NCBI GenBank assembly: GCA_964036045.1
Contig: OZ038378.1
Span: 176,266,001-176,330,000 of the forward strand
Reading direction: 5' to 3'
Length of the DNA: 64,000 nucleotides
Origin: Eutreptiella sp. 'Long Island Sound 2002'
Lineage: Eukaryota; Protista; Euglenida
The translations under genes and the position numbers were made by a program. Under the pieces are notes generated by a model. The model had not been told where the DNA came from. It did no database searches and worked only from the letters and a program-made list of their open reading frames with translations. Positions 11,951-22,860 of this stretch are shown one piece after another; positions within the stretch are counted from its first letter, which is position 1, and the number at the start of each line of letters is the position of its first letter.

Positions 11951-14900
11951 CAATGATAACCCAGAGTCTGACCCTGATTCTAACACCACAGTTGATGGAT
12001 TTGCTTACCCCAGCCTGACTAGCGAAGTTTCTCAAGGTTCAGCCCCCCGACACACGAAAAAGAGGTCGATAGAGATACCGCGACCCCCTTCCAGGGTCAG
12101 AATCCCATGAGGTTCAAAGTGCAGGTGAACGGGTAGGTACAAATGCAGATCCCGGAGCAGGACAGTCAGGATTCACAGAATACAGGTGCAAGTTCTGATG
12201 CAGGTGCAGCTGAAGCAACGGATCATGATATTCAGAAAGCGGCAGCAGGCGGCAGCAGGGCATGCAAAGGCCCAGGGTATGATCGGCATGGTCTTCGGCC
12301 TTGCAGCTAATGCAGTCCGATCATTTCGTCTCTCTTTTTTTGGTCCTGGGGGTGGGGGGGGGGCTGCCGTGGGGAGCTCAGGGAGCGGCGGGAGGCTTTC
12401 CATGCGCCACTTCTGTGAGGAGGAAACAGGAACAGCTGCCACTTGGCATCTCTTTAGACGATGTGATCGTATTACTGTGTTGCTTTTCGCAGTACATGTG
12501 TGTTTCTGTGTGTCTTCGGGGTTTGGCCCCGGCATGGGAGGGACGCCCAGGGGCAGAATCAGCACTTGTGACCACAGCGCACCGTGTCCCCCATTAGAGT
12601 CCAGACCCAAATCAATGTGGCACCCATGCCCCCCGCACCTCGGACAAGGCAAAGCTTGGACAAGGGGGGCAAGGAGGGCACAACACCATTCAAGCCATTC
12701 AAGCGTGCGATTTGGCATAGTTGTTCTAAGCCACACAACGTTCCCTATGCCCAGCATTTGACTGTCACATGGAACAACCTTATTTGTGCCTGGTAGACAG
12801 GTGCTCTACATATGTACAAATAAGAATCACGTATTTGCTGCAATTAAGTGCAGTTCAGAGCATGGGCTTGCTTTCGCGGGGGTTGTAGATGAACATCAAA
12901 ATGACACCCGCTGCCATTTCATGGTGCTCCGAGGCTGTCAAGCGGTAGACCCCAGTGCAACCTCTTGCAAATGACACACATCTAAAAGTGGGATGGATGG
13001 CACTGCCACGCAAATGTGGCCTTCCTCCACCACCCTCCAAGCTACGCCTCTGTCCCAAAGTACTACGGTCCCCACGCCGCTGTTAGCTTAGAGAGGTTGT
13101 GGCTTGTGCATGACGCGGGAAGACATCAACAATGCATGCATGCAGCCAGGAGCTCCATCAGCCAGATAAACAGCATGTTGACCCAGTTGAAACAGCACTT
13201 CTTCCCCCCACCCCCTTCCCAAATGTGACATGTGATGAGCCGAGTTTATGGGGTGCACGTGCAGCACGGATGCTGTGCAACTGTTGGGCAGCGTCATACC
13301 CTCTCCTTTCCCATCACATACTTGGCAGTGTGTGCCATCAGCAATGCATGGGCCGTCGCCCACAGGGGACAGTGAGGTGCAGACCTTTGATGGTGTTGCC
13401 CAGGATACTGTCCTGAATGGGCGCACACCTGTGTGCCCATGTGCGCCCCGTCCCCCCTTCCTATCTAAGTGCCTTGTCCAAGCTATAGGGGACATAGGGA
13501 CTAAATCACTTTGGTCCCTACGCCTAGTTTTAATTTGGTGCTGATTTGCAAGGAGAGGAAAGATGATCAATAGACTTGTCCCTGTCCATGGTATTGTCGC
13601 GGTTCTTCAGGTATTGCTGTTCTTTCGCCAAATGGGGGGGGGGGGGCATTGTGCATCATTGCAGCATCCAAGAAAAGGTACCTACCTGCTTGTTGTGTTT
13701 GTTTAAACCTTCTGGTGCTATGGAGTAACTGGGCTACTTTATTCTCACGTTGGAGACCCCTTCAGGCCATTTGGCCCAGTTGTGGCAGGGGATATGCAGC
13801 CACCGGACCATTTGGTCCAGCCTCGATACAGCAGGGGATATACAGCCATTGGGCCACTTCCTGTTTGACTACTCCAGGGTCGGCTTCGCGGAGATGGGCT
13901 GTTGCTCGTGCCGTTGACCGGATGCATCCAGATGCACAGTTCAAGTCCATGCTGGGTTTGCTGACTCCAGCACTGACTTGTGCATTTGCCGGATAATTTT
14001 CCTGACAGGGGTTTCTGGCAACCACAACCATTCCTTCCCTTTTGTCCTTTCCTTCTCCTCCTTCTGCGCTCTGCACCGTTTTCGGCAAGCGCGGTCTCCC
14101 TGTCCTAGTATCTCCCCTTGCTCGTTCATTTCCCCATGCCCAGTTTCCTCTGGGCCCTCCCTATTCTTTCTGCCCTAGGGGTATTGGGTTGCGGGGGAGC
14201 GTGTTGCTGTGGGGAGGGAGTAGCAGAGGGGGCGGGGAAGGGGGAGTGGGAGTAGGTTCGTCGCACCCTGTCCCCTGCTTCCCCTTGAGGAGCAAGATCT
14301 TGGCTCAAGGGGTCTCCTTGTTGGTGTCGGTGTGCTTGTTGTTGGTGTCGGTGTGCTTGGTGTTGGTGGTTTTGGCCAGTACTTCTGCCGGGGGGGGGGG
14401 GGACAAATTTTCGATACCGAGTGGGATATTTTTTTCCGGTGGGACCCCCCCATTGGGGGGGGGGTTCGAAAGAAGTGGGTCCTACCAAAAAAACAACTTT
14501 TTCTTCCCATGTCACACGCACCACACTTAATGACGGTGTTCCCACCACATATCATGCCTTTGGCACTCGTTGGCATTCCTTTATTTGGCTATTCGGGGTA
14601 CTAGCCCATGTCCACAATGCCATTTGCGACATGTAGCTGGTGGCTCGTTCTCCGGAGCATGCTTCAAAGCACAATGACACAAACTAGCAAACAACGTGCA
14701 TTGCCGATACGGGTGGCGTGTATGTTTAAGGGCACAGAGGCCCCCGAGTACTCCCGGCTACGCATCGTGTCGTAGTGCCCCACCCTCGCCTCATGTCGGC
14801 GGTAAGAGTTCCCATGCATAGTGCATGGGGCGAGAACCCGGGCAAGCAACCTGTAGACCCCGCGTGGGTGCAATCCCCCATCTTGGCCATTCAATAGGGG

Positions 14901-16018
14901 GGTGTTGCCTGAACCGTGCGCGCACCGTGCACGCACCGTGCGCGCACCGTGCGTCCTTTTGCGTATTCTGTGTCCACCAGATCCACAATGCCTGAATCTG
15001 AGCTGCCCTAGCTTGTCGCCGGACTGCCTGTGTACTACCACCGCTCCAACGGGGATAGGGTGTCGGCCACTGTCGTTGACCCTTCTCCAAGAGGTGGGAG
15101 TCGCGTCTCTATTCGGTACGAATTGGGTGGTGAAGAGGTCTTGTATGAGCATGCACCCGAGGAGCGGTTGGAGTTTGCAATTGTGACTGCTGAGAGCCCC
15201 GATTCCCCCCAACCTGTGCACCATGAGGCGCCGATGGACGCTTTGCTGGAGCCCCAATTACCTGAAGTGGAAGCTGAAGCCCCTAGAATTGATGATCATG
15301 AGCCAGAATGCTGTGGCGGATGAAATTGAAATTCCCGTAACCCAACCAGTGTTGTCGCTTGTGTTGTCGCCTGTGCATGGTTTGTTACGGAGGTGCGTGC
15401 AAGGTGCAGAAATTGGGAGCCTGGAACCTGTGACAAGCATCAAATTCAAAAAAAAAAATTCCCGGTACGCCAATAGGGGCTGCAGGGTGCAGAAAATAGG
15501 ACCCTGGAACCTGTGACAAGCATCAGACTAAAAATTGAAGAATCCTGGTATGCCAGTATGGACTGCAAGGTGCAGAAATCAGGACCCTGGGTGTGTTTCT
15601 ATGGGGGCCATTCAACGGGGTACAAGTTGGGCAACCATCCCAAAAACATTGAACCGTGCGCGCACCGTGCACGCACCGTGCGCGCACCGTGCGCGCACCG
15701 TGCGACAACGCCCCCTAGGTGACCCAAGTCTCTTGTGGACCCCACGACATCAATCTTCCCATTTGGCCGTTCCAGTTTCTTTGCCACTATGTACATGTCC
15801 ATTCCCTTATAGTGCTAGGTGATGGACCCGCGTGGTTCGGATGGCTCATCCTGGCCATTCAATGAGTGCCCCATGTCCGTTGTGGACCCCACGACACCCA
15901 TCTTACCACCCGGCTGTTTCATTTTACACCATCAAACCTATGGACGGGCCACAGCCATGGTGCCAAGATATGGCACCTGCTCCACAATGACCTAGAGACC
16001 CGACTTGGAGGTCCATGC

Positions 16019-16158
16019 TGGTTCACATAATGGAGATCCAAAGTTGGTTCACAAAACGGATATCCAAGGCCGGTTCACACAATGGAGATCCGAAGCCGGT
16101 TCACACAATGGAGATCCAAGCCGGTTCACACAATGGAGATCCGAAGCCGGTTCACACA
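16019..16158 (+). repeat. 25-26 bp minisatellite, about 5.5 copies
   Basis: Unit ccggttcacacaatggagatcc(g)aag. Confidence 0.9.
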
Positions 16159-16159
16159 C

Positions 16160-16900
16160 ATTGTTGAGCCATGTCGTCGGATGTGAAGCGGTTGCAAGTG
16201 GTAACAACCCAAAGCGGCATGAGGCGGTAAAGGGAACCATGGTAGGCAGCAATCAACCACACTGTGGCATACTCCGCCAAATGGACATTGGAGTTAGAGT
16301 CCTCAAGCAAGTTAGCCAATTCATCCACCGTTTCTTGGTCAACCAAGCGATGCTCCCTCAAGGTGCACGTTCTACATGTACCAGTCACATGGCCCGATTT
16401 CACCACCCCAATTCGAGGTTGCAAAGAAATCTCGTCCACAAGGAGATCCTATAAGAGCGGATCAGGGTGGTTGGGGAGACGCTTCGGAATGAATGTCCTT
16501 GTAGGGGCGATCCCCGGACACAATGGTTCTTAAAATTTCAATTCCGATATTGTTGTTTCATACGACGGTAAGATGCCGCCATGGTTGGCAACCTTCAGAA
16601 ATTCACACCCACCCACACCAAGAGCAACCAATCCGGCAATGGCTTTCTCTTTCTCGGTGTACGTTTTTAATTTTGAATGCCTTGGACATGTCGGCCATAA
16701 CAGCTGCGGGAGAACGTCCCTCATCGATGAGCCGAGCCACACGCCTTTGCAGTAAGGCAAGTACCCATGCTTTTGACTCTGCAGATCTGTTCATCAACTG
16801 TTGGCATCGATGAATACTACGAGCTACTTTTTGACTGGTGGTCCTTTTTTCATGGCTTCGTCCGTCGGCTCGACGACACACTACCTCAAAGCCTAACTTC
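16160..16900 (-). mobile_element. P-element/THAP9-like transposase relic
   Basis: FLKVANHGGILPSYETTISELKF*EPLCPG (LPS..T..PG motif), then LVDEISLQPRIG..GHVTG and LAEYATVWLIAAY, in the order of the P-transposase DEM..G..LA..ALVFM motifs; in-frame stops. Confidence 0.55.
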
Positions 16901-19070
16901 CAATTTTGTACACCTTTGTCGGGCTACCTAGCCTCAACCATCCAATGATGCAGCACCACACTTTCCCGGAAACCGCCACATGCGGAACATGGTACGATGC
17001 TTCATCATGACTGGGTGGTGTGGTGGCGTGCACCGTAGGCGGCGCAACCGGTTGCACTTGCACTACCCCCAAGGTGCGCAACACTTGATGCACATTAGAA
17101 GGAGTGGCAATAGTACGTGCCGCTCGCAGCGCAAGTGTAATTGCTGCGCAGTTACGGGTAAACTTCCGGCGGATCTCTTGAACGGTACACCGATCAAGTG
17201 TGCCCTTGGCAACCATACCGGTAAATTTTTGGCCCTGATCGTAACTGGACAGATGCGGCATGCTTGGGCTTCAATGGCTGAAGTGGCAGGCCATGCCAAA
17301 CCATCGGGAAGTAGCACATTGTCGGTGAGCGCGCAAGAGTAGAAAACCCGGTGTACAATGCCCTACCACTTGGAGCCCGGGGGGACCCCTGCGGATTTCA
17401 AGGGGGGGGGGGGGTAGCACCCATCCAACCGAAACATTGATGGTATTTTTGTAACGTGCCCGCACCACAGCCAGTGTTACTTCTTTGCACATGCCTGGTC
17501 CACAGGCACTGTATGAAACGTTTTTTTGCAAGTCCAAACAACCTTGAACTCTTGGACATGTTCAGTGGGCATTTCAAGGATAGGCTGAGGATTGGACAAT
17601 GAGGTTGCAAGGGGGGGGGAGGTTGGCATAAGGCCTCGGCATTAGGTTGTTTGCCTTTGGCGGCGCCTATTGGCCTCTCGCCACTGCTCATTCTGACCTT
17701 CTGTGTTTCCAAACATGTTTTGGTTGTGTCCACGGAGCCCATGATACGGCAGGGTATATGTACCCCATAGGGATGTATTAGAATGGCTGACAACCATAGG
17801 AGGAGGGGACCCCCCCCCCTTGGACCCCCCTTCCCTTGCCCCCCCCTCCTCCCCTTCCAATGTTAGAGCCAAATTTTGCTTTGGCACCACCAGGATTAAG
17901 CCTGAAACTTTTTGGCCCGCCTTTGGCTGGGACCTTTGGGGAACCATAGGACGGGGGGGGGGGGGGGGGGTTGCCAACCGCCCTCGCCCCTCCTCTCTTC
18001 CAATACTGCAGGGCGGGGTCTGGGGCAGCAGGCTGCTGCACCTCTTTCTGTGGTGCAGGCACAGGGGCAGCCAGAGGCTGCTGCCCTGGGTCAGGGGTGT
18101 CAGGGACAGGGCGAGGGTCAGGGACAGGGTGGTTCTGCTCCCCCCCCTGCGCGGCGCAGCCCCCCCCCCCTCCCTCCGTGGGCGGGCAGGGCGGGCGCAG
18201 GAGCGCGGCAGTGCGACACGGGGGGGGCAGGGCAGCGCGTGGGGCAGACCGTCAGGGGCGCCCCGCGCAACGCAGGGATGCGGCAGCCCGTCTGCCGCCC
18301 CGCGGGGGGGGGCTCTTGAGCCTGGGCTTCACTCGGCAAGTGCAATCATCGGGAGGGGGGGAGCGCCCAACCCCCCACAGCCGCACCTGCATCTGCGGGC
18401 GCGGATGGGGGAGCGCACAGCCCGCGATCTGGGCAGGGACGCTCCTCAGAGGATCCCACATAGGACGGAGGCCTAGGTCCTTCCGTCGCGCCGCGATACG
18501 CTGGGGGGGGCGGGGGGGGTAAGGGCCTTATATATCTGTATACAGCTGTATATAGATGAGCTCTCACCCGCTAACCCTCTGAACCCCTCAATCGCACTAG
18601 CGTCCAGGACTTGAAAAGGCGAATGCCTCCTCTCTTCCAATACATCCTTGCATTGCACAATATGTGTCAAACATCCTCAAAATTGCAATATGGCACACAA
18701 AGTGTTGGGGTTCCGTGGCATCCATTCAAACAGTATCAAACACATTTCGCCACCAAACAAAGTCCCTCAAGAATGTGCGAAAAAAAGGGGTCTACGTTTG
18801 CCCAGTGCACAGTACTACTGGGCAAGTGTCCTCACCATTAAGTCCCAAAATGTAGCGTCCCCCAAAGCCGGGGCGGGTGGGTCGCAGTTTACACTGTTGT
18901 ATTGCCTTTGGGCTGTGTTTGCAAAGTTCGTCGGTCAACACAGGTCACTTGCAGCCGAATTGTTTCTTCTGCTGTTGGTGAGGGTGTTGGTGTGTAGAAA
19001 GTGCCTCGGTGTTCCCTTTGATTAGGTGTACACTGTCGTATCTACAGGCTCCTCTTGCCTGAAGTGTTAC

Positions 19071-19985
19071 ATGTCGGATGGCGGAGGACCTGTGTCTTCA
19101 AAGAAGGCCGTTGCAATCGTTGCCCTGGGCTGTGCCGCCGGCTTCTGCGTCGGGCGTGCTCTGCGTCCTGCACCTCCTGCACCCCAATTGCGTGGCCGCC
19201 TTCCGGACTTTGTGGAGAGGCGCTGCTTGGAGTATGTGTTCGAGAACGCGGACAAAGGGAATCCGACAAGCGTTGTCGACGCAATCGACAGGTTTTGTTG
19301 GGAGGGCAACTGGATGATGAATTTGGGGGACACCAAAGGGAAGCTTGTTGACGACATAGTGCGCAATGCCGTTACGGCAGCCCCTAAGCGGGACCTGGTC
19401 ATGTTGGAGCTGGGCACCTACTGCGGCTACTCAGCCATCCGATTAGCACAGCTCCTTCCAAAAGGATCCAGGTACATTACCTTTGAGCCACGGCCGCTCA
19501 TCGCCTCCATCGCCACCAAAATCATAGAGTATGCCGGTTTAAGGGATACAATTACCGTTGTTGTTGGAGGACTGGAGAGCCACCTTGAAGGGACGGTGAA
19601 GGAACTGGGGATAGCGTCTATTGACATTGCCTTTATTGACCACTGGAAGGACTTGTATGTTCCAGACTTGTTGCGACTCGAGGAGGCGGGACTCATCCAA
19701 GCTGGTGCCACTGTGATTGCTGACAATATCAAATATCCGGGGGCACCGGCCTACAGACAGTTGATGCTGAACAATACAGGCAACTACAACACCGTGTTCC
19801 TTGAGAGCCACCTGGAATACAGCACGAAGGAGGACGAGGTAGCTGTCAGCAGCTGCATTCGATCTGCCCCTGGACCATTTAACTCACTGGAAGGAGTTGT
19901 ATCTTCCGGACACGTTGCGACTCGAGCAGGCGGGACTCATCCAAGCGGGTGCAGCTGTGGTGAGCACCAGCCTACAGAGAACTGA
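19071..19985 (+). CDS. COMT: Catechol O-methyltransferase-like protein with N-terminal hydrophobic anchor, intronless
   Basis: MMNLGDTKG, MLELGTYCGYSAIRLA, FIDHWKDLY, VIADNIKYPG and LEY match COMT SAM-, metal- and substrate-binding motifs; tacag at 19043-19047 is a possible acceptor ahead of ATG 19071. Confidence 0.92.
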   Translation: MSDGGGPVSSKKAVAIVALGCAAGFCVGRALRPAPPAPQLRGRLPDFVERRCLEYVFENADKGNPTSVVDAIDRFCWEGNWMMNLGDTKGKLVDDIVRNAVTAAPKRDLVMLELGTYCGYSAIRLAQLLPKGSRYITFEPRPLIASIATKIIEYAGLRDTITVVVGGLESHLEGTVKELGIASIDIAFIDHWKDLYVPDLLRLEEAGLIQAGATVIADNIKYPGAPAYRQLMLNNTGNYNTVFLESHLEYSTKEDEVAVSSCIRSAPGPFNSLEGVVSSGHVATRAGGTHPSGCSCGEHQPTEN

Positions 19986-20050
19986 TGCCTAACAATACAG
20001 GCAACTGCTGCACAGTCTTCCTCGAGAGCCAGCTGGAGTACAGCATTTAG
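19915..20050 (+). pseudogene. Degenerate partial duplicate of COMT 19670-19825
   Basis: ttgcgactcgagcaggcgggactcatccaagc..aacaatacaggcaact..ctcgagagccagctggagtacagca copies the LRLEEAGLIQ..LEYS segment but lacks the ADNIKYP codons. Confidence 0.85.
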
Positions 20051-20603
20051 TCCCCGGCAGACAATGCAACCCAAGACTCGGCGTGCGTTGCATGCACCTT
20101 CTTGCGATCCGGCTGGGCTGATGATGATACCCCAGGCTTACCATTGGGCCCACCGTTGGCGCGCCTGTGAATGGAGTACCCCCCCCCCCCCCCTACCGAT
20201 ACCGAGATACCGAGGCCTTGTGCCAACCCCCCCCCCCCCCCGTGTCCAACAAACACTTCCGTTTGGAACGTATTAATTTGGGACCTAATTTATTAGGTAC
20301 TTAATTAGGTACCGGGCTCCAGAACCGCGGTTTGAGGCGAAAGTTTTGGGGAAATGAGGAGCTGTTGTGATGTATCTTGCAGTATTGGTGGGCAAATTTG
20401 TAAAGCAGGTTGTGAGGGAAATGCATCGGTTGATTTTCACAACCGAGCTCCCAGGGCCCTCCTGCTGAATCGGATGGTCCCACTTTCTGGACGGGCTCCG
20501 TGCAAAAAGCAATTCACGGATGCGTTTTGGGTGATGGGATTGTCCAGACTCAGACTGTCTGCTTGGCATTCCTGTACTACACACCGAGTTCCCTTGAGTT
20601 AGC

Positions 20604-22005
20604 AGTGACCCACATGCATGCGGATTGGCTACATCACCCGTGGCATCTGGGTGGTTCCCAACGCTTCAAAGCGGGGGACAAAATCAGCAATGGCCCACAT
20701 GAGGGCAGATTGGCTACCTCACCCCTTGCCGTCTAGGGGGTCCCCAACACCTCATAGAACGGGGAGGGGGGGAGGGGAAGCACTCTCACACGTGCGGGAA
20801 GATGGCTACATCACCCCTGCAGTATAGGAGGGTCGCAAGGCTTGAGAGCGGGGGACAAGCATGTTCCCCCACCCAACAAAGCGAGGGACAAAATCAGCAG
20901 TGGCCCACATGTGGACAGATTTGATTTTCGTCCTCCTTACCGTCTAGGGGGTTCCCCACGCTTCAAGGCAGGGGAAAATATCAGCAGTGGCCCGCATGTG
21001 GGCAGATGGGCTTCATCACCCTTGCCGTCCGGGGTGTGCCCAACACTTCACAGCGGGGGGGGGGGGGAATCAGTAGTGGCCTACATGTGGGCAGATTCGC
21101 TTCATCACCACTGCCGTCTGCCATATGGGGGGTTCCGAACAAATCAAAGCGGGGGACAAAATCAGCAGTGGCCCACATGCATGCAGATTGGCTACATCAC
21201 CCGTGGCATCTGGGTGGTCCCCAACGCTTCAAAGCGGGGGACAAAGTCAGCAATGGCCCACATGAGGGCAGATTGGCTACCTCACCCCTTGCCATCTAGG
21301 GGGTCCCCAACACCTCATAGAACGGGGGGGGGGGGGGGTAGCACTGTCACACATGCGGGAAGATGGCTACATCACCCCTGCAGTACAGGAGGGCTGCAAG
21401 GCTTGAGAGCGGGGGACAAAATCAACTGTGTTCCCCCACCCTACAAAGCGAGGGACAAAATCAGCAGTGGCCCACATGTGGGCAGATTCAATTTTCATCA
21501 TCCTTACCGTCTAGGGGGTTCCCAACGCTTCAAAGCAGGGGACAAAATCAGCAGTGGCCCGCATGTGGGCAGATGGGCTTCATCACCCTTGCCCTCCGTG
21601 GTGTGCCCAATGCTTTACAGCGGGGGGGGGGGGGGTGGAAATCAGTAGTGGCCCACCTGTGGGCTGATTCTCTTTATCACCACTGCCGTGCGCCGTATGG
21701 GAGGTTCCGAACAAATCAAAGCGGGGGACAAAATCAGCAGTGGCCCACATGAGGGCAGATTGGCTACATAACCCGTGGCATCTCGGCGGTCCCAACGCTT
21801 CAAAGCAGGGGACAAAATCAGCTGTGTCCCACATGAGGGCAGATGGGCTACATCACTCCTTGCCGTCTCCCTAACGCCCCATAGCGCGGGGGTGGGGGGG
21901 ATCAGCACTTGCACACATGTGGGCAGATTGGCTGCATCACCCCTAAAGTCTGGGAGGGCGGCAAAATTTCACAGCGGGAGACTAAATCAGCATCGATCCC
22001 CCACC
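20604..22005 (+). repeat. 80-85 bp satellite array with about 563-bp higher-order unit
   Basis: Unit gggggacaaaatcagcagtggcccacatgtgggcagattggctacatcaccc..ccccaacgcttcaaagc; equivalent units at 20673 and 21236. Confidence 0.95.
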
Positions 22006-22426
22006 CTTGGGAGCTTTGAAGCTGGCATTTGCCGTCAGGGAGACAGTGCCTGGGCATAGGCTAGGCGCCCTAGGAGGGGATGGGGGGGGCTTCCAATGCA
22101 TCGCTCGGGGGGGATCAATGGTCGGTATCGATCGACTGAATGTCCCTGCCATAGACAATTCCAGCCATTAGTCCATAGGTTTGTCGCTCGGGGGGGGGGG
22201 GGGGGTTGCATTAGAACTTGCACTGCGGAGATGCCCAAGGATGCGGCATTTGTTGCTCAACCACGTGAGACGTGGAGCCTTCACAGTCTTGACCCAAATT
22301 CAAATCTTCACCTACCGTCATCAAAGTGTTTCATCTGTTGGCCAGGTTTCCGCTGCTGCACTGGGTTGCGCAGTCCCCAGTCCTCTCAAAAAAAAAAAAA
22401 AACAAGCCTTGGTTGCATACGGAGTT

Positions 22427-22860
22427 TGAAGGGGCTGTTCGTTTCATGCCATCAACCCCGCAGAAGACAGGGATGGTGCCCCAGCCTCAGGAGCCTTCTC
22501 TCACCAGTCCTCCTTCGTAAGGGGGAGGGGGATCCGGGCCTTCAGTACCCACCCACGCAGACCAAGTTGAGGTACCCACCCAGATCCCCCCCCACCACCA
22601 CCTCTAAACAAACAAATCTGAAGGGCCGGGCCCCAAATACCGACTGAGATGACCCTGGACGCCAATGTTCGGAAAAACTGAAAATGGTGTTTTTGGCATG
22701 AGTGCGACGAGGGATTCAGAAAAATCCTCATTTGCCTAGTATTTGGTGGAATACATTCCAACAACGACTTTTGACCCCAAAAACATTTTGGTGCCTTCAT
22801 AATCACGAACTAATGGCCCGGGTCACTGAGCCCCTGGCCTGGACCCATCCAGCCACCAAC
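22427..22860 (+). repeat. About 440-bp interspersed repeat, copy 1
   Basis: gaaggggctgtt..ccccgcagaagacagggatggtgcc..ggacccatccagccaccaac is highly similar to 38547-38998 and, inverted, to about 41728-42178. Confidence 0.9.

Noticed and set aside
20604-22005. CRISPR-like array
   Set aside because: The palindromic core is not separated by unique spacers; whole units are homologous and there are no cas genes.
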